A stretch of 64,000 nt of DNA, from positions 181,226,001 to 181,290,000 of the forward strand of contig OZ024740.1 of the NCBI GenBank assembly GCA_964016885.1, given 5' to 3'. The stretch is from Eledone cirrhosa. Taxonomy: Eukaryota. The position numbers and the translations under genes were made by a program. Shown here piece by piece: positions 40,415 to 50,851 of the stretch. The notes under the pieces are model-generated. The model did not search any database, was not told the origin of the DNA, and worked only from the letters and a program-made list of their open reading frames with translations. The stretch's first letter is position 1, and every line of letters begins with the position of its first letter.

Positions 40415-40622
40415 TTTTTTTCAAAGAAATTTTTTGATAATAATAAAAGTTTAAATTTAGGGCACAAGGCCCCAATCTTTTTGGGTGTCCTTTTCGGAAA
40501 ATAATGTATGTGCGCTTATAAACAGTTAACAATAAAATTTTCCATAAATGACAATTTTTAACAAACGGAAATAAAAAACCTTTGCAGAGCTCACGATGAT
40601 ACGATTTACTACGTAGGTCGCC

Positions 40623-40670
<48 letters not shown>

Positions 40671-40674
<4 letters not shown>

Positions 40675-41594
40675 CTCAGAACTGTACTGAAGGAGGGGAC
40701 AGTAGGCCAGGGGATGTCCAAGGAGGAAATAACATCAAAGAGGAAGAGCAGCCTTAAGGGAAAATCCCTTCATAGTACCTTCTTTGAGAAAACTGAATTT
40801 AGAGATCCACAGACATGGAACTGGTTGAGAAGAGGAGACCTCAAAAAGGCTACAGAAGGAATGCTAATTGCTGCGCAGGAGCAGGCCCTCAAAACGAAGT
40901 GGTTGAAGCACCATATCTACAAGGAGGAGGCTAGCCCACTGTGCAGGATCTGTGGAGAGAGAGAGGTGACTGTGGCTCACATTGTGTCCGAGTGTAAACA
41001 CCTAGCCCAGACCCACTATAAGGGCTGGAGACACGATGTGATGGGCAGGGTGATCCACTGGCACCTGTGCAAAGTAAACAATTTACCACATTCTGAGAAA
41101 TGGTATGAGCATAGGCCAGAGGCGGTGATGGAGAACAATCAGGTGAAGGTGCTGTGGGATTTTAGGATACAGACGGACAAAAAACTGGAACACAATAGAC
41201 CTGACCTGGTGGTTGTGGACAAAGAAAAAAGAACGTGTCTGATTGTGGATGTGGCCTGCCCGTTCGACACGAGAGTGCAAGAGAAGGAGAGGGAGAAAAT
41301 TAACCGATACCAGGACCTAAAGTGGGAGGTGAAAAGGATTTGGAACTGCCATGAAGTCAAAGTAATCCCGATTGTCATAGGCGCACTGGGGACTATCTCC
41401 AAAGGTTTCCAGGGATGGTTAAAGAAAATCGGCCCCTTCACGCTTTTTGGAACGCTTCAAAAGGCATGCTTGCTTGGAACAGCAAGAACCCTCCGATACG
41501 TCCTGAATATCTGAGGCTGCAGGTAGTGGCTTGATATTCAATCCAACGGACTTTCCAGTTAACCAACATCAATGACTGAGATTCAAGGAATAAC
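40671..41594 (+). mobile_element. R4/Dong-like 5'-truncated copy (knuckle + RLE region open, ORF 40672-41514)
   Basis: Nearly identical to ~15578-16502; flanked by (AAT)n. Confidence 0.93.
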
Positions 41595-41618
41595 AACAAC
41601 AATAATAATAATAATAAT

Positions 41619-42064
41619 AATGGGACACTAAAAAACATAGGCACTAAAAATAGACTGGAAGTAAAGTACAAAACTAGGAGGAAAAAGCTAAATATTATCA
41701 TAGAGGAACTGAAGCAACGCATTGTAGCAAAGAGTGCAAAAATCAGGCGATACGATAGCAGAGTCAGTCAGTATAGACAGAACCGCATGTTCGACAACAA
41801 CCAGAAGATGCTGTTTGGACAGCTTGAGGGGAAGGAAAGAGGCAACGACTTGATCCCTGAGGCGGAACAAACTAAAACATTCTGGAGAGGAATATGGGAG
41901 CAGGATGTTAGACATAATGACCAGGCAGGGTGGATTGAGACATTGCTGGGAACAGCAAGAACCCTCCGATACGTCCTGAATATCTGATGCTGCAGGTAGT
42001 GGCTTGATATTCATTCCAACGGACTTTCCAGTTAACTAACATCAATGACTGAGACTCAAGGAAT
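41619..42064 (+). mobile_element. R4/Dong-like copy with a large internal deletion
   Basis: 41619-41942 matches ~13868-14190 and is joined directly to the last ~120 bp of the element. Confidence 0.88.
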
Positions 42065-42079
42065 AATAATGATAATAAT

Positions 42080-42456
42080 GATTTCATTTATTAGCGACAA
42101 GGGCCGACATGTAGGGGACAATACAAAGACAGGGACAGTGGGGGTTTACAATAAGGTCGAGTAAAAGTGCACAATGGCAAGACTAATTTAACAATGAAAA
42201 TATAAAAATATAAAATAAACTATGCATAAATATAACAAAATAAATTCCCCGATAGGGGGTGGACGACCCTGGGGTGATTCGGGTACCCCACCAATCCTGA
42301 ACCACCCTGCGCTTCTAGGGCACCCAGGAGAGCACCCCTCTCCTCAAGTTAGCCAGCCTATAGGCACATGGTCAGAGTAGGCCCATTCATACGAGCCATT
42401 CTCGCCACATTCACCCACCTTTTAGCAAATGTACTGGGGGGGGGGGGGCAGCACTT
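42080..42456 (-). mobile_element. 3' fragment of a second, diverged Tx1-like family (copy D)
   Basis: Encodes ..RWVNVARMARMNGPTLTMCL*. Different 3'UTR ending CCCTTGTCGCTAATAAATGAAATC-(ATT)n. Confidence 0.8.
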
Positions 42457-42489
42457 ATAATAATAATAATAATAATAGTAATAATAATA

Positions 42490-42711
42490 ATGAAAAATCC
42501 CTTCATAGTACCTTCTTTGAGAAAACTGAATTCAGAGATCCACAGACATGGAACTGGTTGAAAAGAGGCTACCTTAAAAAGGCTACAGAAGGAATGTTAA
42601 TGGCTGCCCAAGAGCAGGCCCTCAAAACGAACTGGTTGAAACACCATATTTACAAGGAGGAGGCTGGAGACTTTCCAGTTAACTAACATCAATGACTGAG
42701 ATTCAAAGAAC

Positions 42712-42797
<86 letters not shown>

Positions 42798-42826
42798 GAA
42801 GAAGAAGAAGAAAAAGAAGAAGAAGA
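42490..42826 (+). mobile_element. Internally deleted R4/Dong-like fragment (42490-42711) followed by (AAT)n-(AAG)n
   Basis: EKSLHSTFFEKTEFRDPQTW..IYKEEA fused to the last ~45 bp of the 3'UTR. Confidence 0.88.
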
Positions 42827-43592
42827 CAATATTGATGTGTAAATGTGTAAATCTTTGCTATTTCTTTCCTAATAATTTGATTGCTATTGAAGACCCTCTT
42901 TTCGTCACTCAAAATCTTAAGATAATATGAGCCGGTGTGTCTCTCTTATTTTTATTTTATTTAAGAAAACAATAACGGGTATTGTATATACTTTGCAAAT
43001 ATGATATGTGTTAAGTGATTAAGGTGTTGCTTCAACTATTTATTCATTGCTTCCGCATAACTTAGGATATAGTATTAGATTGTGCATGATATGTAAAATC
43101 ATAAAATGTAATGTATAAGATTATTTCCAAGCGCACTAAAATGTAAATGAAAAAACGAAAATACTAAATAAAATGAAGTTGTCCATATGGTGTGGGAAAA
43201 CAAATTAAAACACCTTGACTGAATTCCTTTCATTAGGGGCTCTCAAGCTGTCAAATAACATGTTTCCAGCCAATTTCTTCTGTACGTCAGATTAGACTCA
43301 CAAGTCTTTCCCAATAATAAAAATCGATGATTAATGCTTATCAACTGAGAAAAAATGTTAAAATAACATAGCTCTATAAAATTCTTCTTCGTAACTATCT
43401 TCTTGTAAAATACTAATAAAAAGAAACAAGACAATCTAAAGATGAATTAACGATGACAGATTACAAGAAAAAACCCCCAGTAAACCTGACAATCTCAGAA
43501 GTATAAGTAAACTGATTCAAGAGTACATGAAGATACACTTTGAGGAAGCATGTTGAGAAAAACATGACGCAAGCATGAATCTTTATGTAAAA

Positions 43593-45051
43593 TCTAATAT
43601 ATATTTGTGAATTGGGCTGTGGTTGAAATTCAGATGTGCAGGGTTAAATGGTAGTAGACGTGGTCAGACTGACATGAAAATATACACACCAATGTAAAAG
43701 GTGCCAAGGAAGCAAATAGATGAGGTTTCAAATCTCTAACTTGAAAAATGTGGTCCCTGGGGCCCCAAAACTATCGCGTACGGTGAGTTATTTCCCCCCT
43801 GTTCTAATACTTTTGTCTTATTTACAATTTCATCAACGTTCTTTCGCTGTTAACATACAGTACCAATAATTTGAAAAATATTATTGAAAGTTTATTATAA
43901 AGAAGCAGTTTCAGGAAAAAGTGTAAACTATCATACAAACCTTCATAATATGCATTTTTAAACTTGCATATCATCGACATTGCTATTTCGCTGTTAATAC
44001 TCTATCATCCTTCTACATTTAACGATCATACAGTACCGTTTTATGAAATCGATTCTGCAGTACGGTCACTGTTTTTCATCTAAAGAAATAAAACCCTTGG
44101 CGATACTTGAGTTTAGTGTCCTAAATTATCACCATCGACATTCAATTATTAGCTCCACCCACTACACGATACGTCACGAAGGTAAATGTTTCGAAAAAAT
44201 GTTAAACTGTATATCGCACCAATATATTGTTTAAAGACATTTTTTTTCTGTTGTTAAAAACTGTAAATAAATATTCATGTAAAAATGAAGCATAGTGTTT
44301 CGGTTAAATACATTTTTTTAAAAACAGATTTACAGTTTTAAACAAAAGAAAAAAATTTCTTTAAACAATATATTGTTGCGATATACAGTTTTCCATTTTT
44401 TCGAAACATTTACCTTCGTGGCGTATCGTGTGTTAAAAAAAAATGTATTTCGCAGCAATTTTTTTTCTGTTAAAAACTGTAAATAAATATTCATGTAAAA
44501 ATGAAGCATAAATAAATATTTATTTTGTTAAAAAAATAAATCAAAAATCTAATTTTCTCTGTTAATATTTTAATAAATATTTATTCTAAAAATTCAGTGT
44601 TTTTTCGTGTAAAAATGAAGCATGTAAGAAAATCAACATGTAAAAATCAAGCAGTAGCAGCAGCTGATGACGTGTCGTGACGTATCGTGTAGAGGGTGGA
44701 GCTAATAATTGAATGTCAATGATGATCATTTAGGACACTAAAACCAAGTATCGTCCCCTTGGCGAAATTGCGAAGAAGGGACGCGTGTTTTTATTTTAAT
44801 TCTAATACATGTTAACCACCACTAACAGTAAGTAGTATTTTTTAAATTGCATATCATCGACATTGCTATTTCGCTGTTAATAAACAACGCTTTTCACGTC
44901 GCTCCACTTCTCATTGTACGCCCTCCAGCCCCAAGTGCATATTTCTATTTTTTTCCTGAAACTGCTTCTTTATAATAAACTTTCAATAATATTTTTTAAA
45001 TTATTAACTTAATGAAAAGTGGCCGCGGGTGCAACCGGGCTCAGCTGCTAG
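43593..45051 (+). mobile_element. Probable non-autonomous Helitron-like element with nested inverted repeats
   Basis: GC-rich subterminal hairpin, then CTAG|T at 45048-45052. Candidate A|TC start at 43593 (uncertain). Internal IRs 43867-43920/44949-45004, 44101-44179/44675-44753 and 44165-44268/44328-44432. Confidence 0.55.
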
Positions 45052-46969
45052 TTATGTATATATTGTAGCAAGGTATGCAGGAATGATTAGGTTTGTGTAT
45101 GAATATTCAATTCCTCGTTCTAATTTCTCTAATTTTCTTGTCTTTTTTCTCTTTTGATTTTTCTTTTACAACTTTGATACAACAAATACTCACCTTCAGG
45201 TACTTGAGGTTTTGCATTAACACGAGGATATCATGCCTTTCTTATATGGTCTATAGAGATATGTAATGGATATTGATGTTGTATAGAATGTTGCATGTCT
45301 GAGCATAGGTCATTTGGTTCTAAAATCAAATTCCTTATACTTGACTTAAAATATCATCTTTTCAAACGTTGTACAGAATCTTAATAGTATGCCTTTAGAA
45401 AAAGAGATAGTTGAAATCACGATGTTGATGCTGAACGTCCCATTCGCATTCTAAAATGAAGAGATCAAACAAGTGCAACCTACAGTATTCTAATATTAAT
45501 TACCAACTGACTACACACACAAACACAAACACACACACACAGATACACACACAGACACACACACATATACATTTATGTATATATATATATATATATATAT
45601 AGGTAAACTGTAAAAGCAGAAAGCATAGGAGTAGATTTAATGATTCTGTTTTCCGTAAAATCCGAGAAAATATTTTTTTGTTTGTTACATTACATGAATT
45701 TAGGTTTTATAAAATGTTATCGAAAATATTTGTTCTCATATACTGTGGGCTGTTTGAGGTTGAGTGAAATCTTTTGTGATATATATTCTTTATGGAAGTG
45801 AAGCGGCGATTGTGGAAGTCGGATGAGGATTCAACTGATTTCCAAGAAAACTCTTTCGATTTGTATAGAAGTTCCTTTTCTATCTAGAAAGAACGTGTAG
45901 ATGACATTGTGTTATTCTGTGGTGTATGTGTATGTAGGATTAACTTCTAATTACATGAGGTCATCCAAAACACAGGAAATGAATATCTCTGTGAATCTAG
46001 CAAAAGGAATAACCACAATATTATCAGACATGCGTAAAGACTTGTTGAACTAAAAAACATAATGTCCAAAGAGCCTTCTCACTTTACATAATCATCAATG
46101 GAATAAAAAGGCAAAACATACATATGCAGGTGATATGGATCTCAAATTACGAGATCATGACATGTGGTTTGCTATAATGTGTCAACTGTTTACCCTGTAA
46201 CATTTGGTGTTGAAATCACCTTATTCTAAACTTTCCTTTGCAATGAGTATGTAACAGAACGTTAAGAATTTTCCAGACATCTGATACTTCGGCACTCTAC
46301 CCTTGTGCTATTCAACAAGCGTCTGGGAGCAACTCAAGAAACCCTACAAACTTGTATCATACCACAAAAATTACTAAATGGTAAGGATTTTAATGAGATT
46401 TGTTTCCCTATCAGTACTGGAATATGGCCAATCAGTAGCATTCTATTCAAATTCAAGACGGAGAAGACACATATTCTAAAATATTTTGCAAAAATAAAAA
46501 AAATGTAAAAATATGAAATAGGTTTACAAATGTCGGCAAAGACTTAAATTAAGATAGAAGATAAATATATTAAGACCATTTGTTCTTTATGTCAAGTTAT
46601 AAATGACAATTTATCGAAAGTAGTAGCATCATAAATAAACATATTTACAGGGAGTTTTGCAATACTAGATACTGTAAGCACTGAAAACAAATTAAATGCC
46701 CGGGATATAAAAAATAATCAAATTTTAAAAGCTTCAGTAAGTGATATGTTGAAAGTCTCTACATGCAGAAATAAAATTTTTCTTGAGCAATTGTAAGAAA
46801 TTTAATTATATGTCAAAATATGTTTCTTTCACAAAAAATTCCAAAAGAGTATCATTCTAAGTGCAGCTTTCCAATATAAATTATATATGTAGGTGTCTAG
46901 GCAATGATATATTTATATATATATATATATATGGGGGGGGGGGGGGCGTGTGTGTGTGCGTGTAGATAA

Positions 46970-47282
46970 ATCTACCAAAATATACGGTAGTGTCCAATCC
47001 GTATGAAGAACTCAATGTAATCCAAATATAGAAGTTATCATGAAAAGAGGAGATGCATTAAAAAATCATAGGAAAGACGGCATGTATATGTGAAGGTATG
47101 TATATTTTCTCTGATAATTGTAATATTTTTACATAGATCTTAAACTTGATATACATACCAAAACACATATACATGCCGACTGTACTATGATTTTTGAATG
47201 CATCTTCTCTTTTCATGATATCTTCTATATTTGGATTACATTGAGTTCTTCATACGGATTGGACACTACCGTATATTTTGGT

Positions 47283-47286
<4 letters not shown>
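46970..47286. repeat. Foldback: ~120-bp inverted arms (46970-47091 and 47165-47286)
   Basis: The arms are near-perfect reverse complements (atctaccaaaatatacggtagtgtccaatccgtatgaagaactcaatg...). Confidence 0.92.
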
Positions 47287-47361
<75 letters not shown>

Positions 47362-47363
47362 CA

Positions 47364-47397
<34 letters not shown>

Positions 47398-47675
47398 TTA
47401 ACTACCAACGTGAGAATTGATTATATGTACATTAGAACGTCTGTATTAGAATAACACATATCGAATGATTATATAAATCCATGAAATACGTCATTCCTAG
47501 TGGCTCTTTGGATTATTTGTGCACATTGGTGTTGTCTCGGTTATCCACCCTGTATATGCACACACACACACGCATACACACACATAGATATCCATACATA
47601 CACATGCATACATACACACACTCACGCACATACACACACACACGCACGCACATACTCACACAAACACACACACAA

Positions 47676-47744
<69 letters not shown>

Positions 47745-47746
47745 TA

Positions 47747-49095
47747 GTATAAAAGAGAAAACACAGGTAAGCATTAAGAAAAGGATTTTATCCAGGTATT
47801 TACGACCGTTTCATTGGTAAGTGCAACCTTATATTGCTATACTGCAAATCGGATGTCCATTACATAGTATCCATTAAATAATGAATGTATGCAGTCTAAC
47901 CTTGTTTACCAATGCACACTAGAATCAGACAACCAGAAATGGTATTACATCGGAGCGACTGGGAATACATTTAAAGCCCGTTGGTATACACACCGTTACG
48001 CAATGAAACATTGCCAACATCGTTATGTAACTACCATTGCAAACAAGACCTGGCAACTGAGGGAAAGTAACCACCAGTACACCCTGAAGTGGAAAACACT
48101 ATCGAACACGCCCCCATATCGGAGTGGTATGTGAAGCTGTCGATTATGTGACCTTGAGCTGTTCCACATTTTGAGTTCGAAGAATAAGTTACTCAACAAT
48201 AAAATCGAAAGATCAATTTATTGTAACCATATACACAAAGAAAAGTGTTTGCACTACAAGTGAAAATAGAACCCTTAACCTCTTACTACCACTTGTCAAA
48301 CTGCTTATACTTAGACTTTCTACCCTCTTTTTGTATCCAACCTCTTTAATTACCCCCCAAAACCAATACCTATATCCCTCTCTTCTCCTTCATTCCTTTT
48401 CTATTTTTTTTTCGTTTTCTTCCTTTCTTCTCTCCCCGTTTTTCTATCTTGTCTCTTTTCTTTCTCCCCTTCTCTATTTTTATTTTTATTTTTTATATAT
48501 ATATATTTATCTCTCTATATCTCCCCCTCTCCATCTCGTTCTCCATCCCTCGCAATATAAACAATTTAATTCTCTTTAACTCATAACAATCTAAAAAATC
48601 GACATGAGGTCAAAACTGATCAAGGAATCCTTCCACCTCTACCCCTCCTTCCATCTCAGTTTGTCACTCTACTTCCTGACTCTTCTCCCCCTTCCTCTCT
48701 CTCTCTATACTATTCCGTTTGTCCCCCCACTTTCTAATTCATCTTCCTATCTCTATATACTAGTAAATACAATTCCCAAAAGATGTTTTTCTCTATATAT
48801 TAAAAACTTTTTTTAAGAGTAACTTACTCACTATTTTGAAAATGCGGACGTGAACAACAATTATCATTGAGTGGCTGCTATTTGCAGTATAGCAATATAA
48901 AGTTGCACTTACCAATGAAACGGTCGTAAATACCTGGTTAAAATCCTTTTCTTAATGCTTACCTGTGTTTTCTCTTTTATATTTTATACTCCAAGATTGA
49001 ACGGAATTGTTACAAACTTGTGGAGTTACCCCTAACCATACGTTGAAACCGTCCATGAAACTGGATCACAATAAGCATTTTCCTGCTTCCCTAAC
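47747..49095 (+). mobile_element. Penelope-like element 1: GIY-YIG endonuclease fragment with an inverted terminal segment
   Basis: PLNNECMQSNLVYQC..YYIGATGNTFKARW..H, CRLC..LLNNK. 47747-47848 is the reverse complement of ~48880-48981. (TA)n flanks. Confidence 0.85.
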
Positions 49096-49154
<59 letters not shown>

Positions 49155-49306
49155 ATAATAATAAATTTGAAGACTAAAATCCAAAGAGGGCTCGATAAGA
49201 ATAAATATATATCAAATATATAGATCCCCTAAAGGTGAAAGCAGCGATTATTTGCTTAAACTTTAATCTGTTATTTTAATAAATAAATATATATATATAT
49301 AAAAGA

Positions 49307-50000
49307 GAAAATTTCGATCTACATGGCTAAATACAATAAATGTAATCTGAGTTTTTCGAATATTAATGACAACATTCGATTCGTTTGCAATTTTGCAAAC
49401 AACCCTCAATTTTATAGCCATGTCAGTAGAAGGAACACTTCATTATTGCTCTTGTGTTGGCAGGCAAAATAACTTCAGACACTACTGATTCTGAGTATCA
49501 CCCTTCATCAGTACAGCATACAGTTCACCTGCCAAACTGTCAGAACGAGTGAAAATACACGGTGACTGTCAAAAATACACGGTGATTGATCGGCCTCCTT
49601 TGCATATTAGTTGACTGGCTGATCAGTCAGATCTGCATATTAGCAGATCCACTGATCAGCCAGATTTGCATATCAGCAGACTGGCCAGTCAGTTACCTGT
49701 ATACGAGCGATAAACGGCCGGCTTTGCCAAATTCAAATAAAAACGAAAATTTCGCTCTACACGACTGAATAGAATAAATGTAATCTGAGTTTTCGAATAT
49801 TAATAACAACATTCGATTCGTTTGCAAATTTGCCAACAAGCCTCAATTTTATAGATATGTCAGTAGAATGACAGGAAGCTGACTGGGCAGTCTGCTGATA
49901 TGCAAATATGGCTAATCAGTGGATCTGCTAGTATACAGTTCTTACTATTCAGCCAGTCTGCTAATATGCAAATTACGCCGATCAGTCACTGTGTATTTTC
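49307..50000. repeat. Complex repeat: ~120-bp direct repeat plus inverted subrepeats with octamer-like motifs
   Basis: 49307-49430 matches 49746-49868. 49572-49693 is inverted at 49878-50000 and contains TTTGCATAT/ATATGCAAAT units. Confidence 0.7.
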
Positions 50001-50443
50001 AAAAATAGCATATATTTTCACTGCATATATTTTACCGAAAACGATAAATAGAAAAAATGAAATTTCATTTCTCACTCTTAGTACGGCTTATACTTAAATA
50101 TAAGTATATATACGCACATACATATATGTATACATACGTTAATATGCATAAGGAAAGTATATACTTTCAAACATTCAATCGAGTGACAGGAAGGTATACG
50201 GTGCTGATGACAGCTAATACGCTAGAAACTAGTTCATGGTTCCTTTGTCAGTGTTGAATAAAGGGCAAACGATGGTTGCCGAACACTGTACGGCTAATAA
50301 TTCGGGCTGTTTGTTTAGAAAAAAAACGAGCATTATAATAAATGTTCGGTAAACCCATACGTACATATATATATGTGTGCATGTACGTATATATAGACAT
50401 AATTGTATACATCTGTATACATATATGTATGTACGTATACATA

Positions 50444-50514
<71 letters not shown>

Positions 50515-50737
50515 GTGTGTGTTTATGTATATAATACATATACTTCTATATATATGTATATATATACATGTATATATATAAATATAAAAAAGGAACCAGA
50601 GTACTCAATACTTAGGGTAGAAGAATGGGAAATATTATTTGAGACAACACACAGAGGTCAGGCGCCAAGACATCATTCAACTGCTCGTTTATTGTGATTT
50701 GTAAGATAACGGATATATATATATATATATATATATA

Positions 50738-50851
50738 GGAAAAAGTATGGCCCCGACGGCTAAGCCCAAGCCGTTTCAACGGCTATTTCTGGACTAAATT
50801 AGAAATTTTAGCCTGGAGGATAAATAGCCGAACTTGTCAAGGGGTACTTCC
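50738..50851 (-). ncRNA. Type I hammerhead ribozyme variant (core UUGACAA...GAAA, GUC triplet) at the 3' terminus of Penelope 2
   Basis: CCCC-UUGACAA-G..CGGCUAUUU..AAAUAGCCG.U-GAA-ACGGCU(UGGGCUU)AGCCGU-C-GGGG; all three stems pair. Confidence 0.72.

Larger units (their letters stand above)
34728..40622 (-). mobile_element. L1/Tx1-like retrotransposon, copy C, full length (~5.9 kb), ORF1 type 1
   Basis: Sense 3' end AATAAAGAACAC-(ATT)n; 5' end GGCGACCTACG as in copy A. Confidence 0.93.

Noticed and set aside
48132-48134. In-frame TGA in the GIY-YIG domain of Penelope 1 as possible selenocysteine (known in Naiad-type elements)
   Set aside because: It falls two codons before the CxxC, at a position that is Arg in Penelope 2. 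The nearby conserved cysteines are normal TGT, so it is likely a nonsense mutation.
48860-49075. GAAAC-GGTC-GTA and ACGG..CCGTCCAT-GAAAC motifs in the Penelope 1 terminus as hammerheads
   Set aside because: No intact CUGANGA at the required position; at most decayed remnants.
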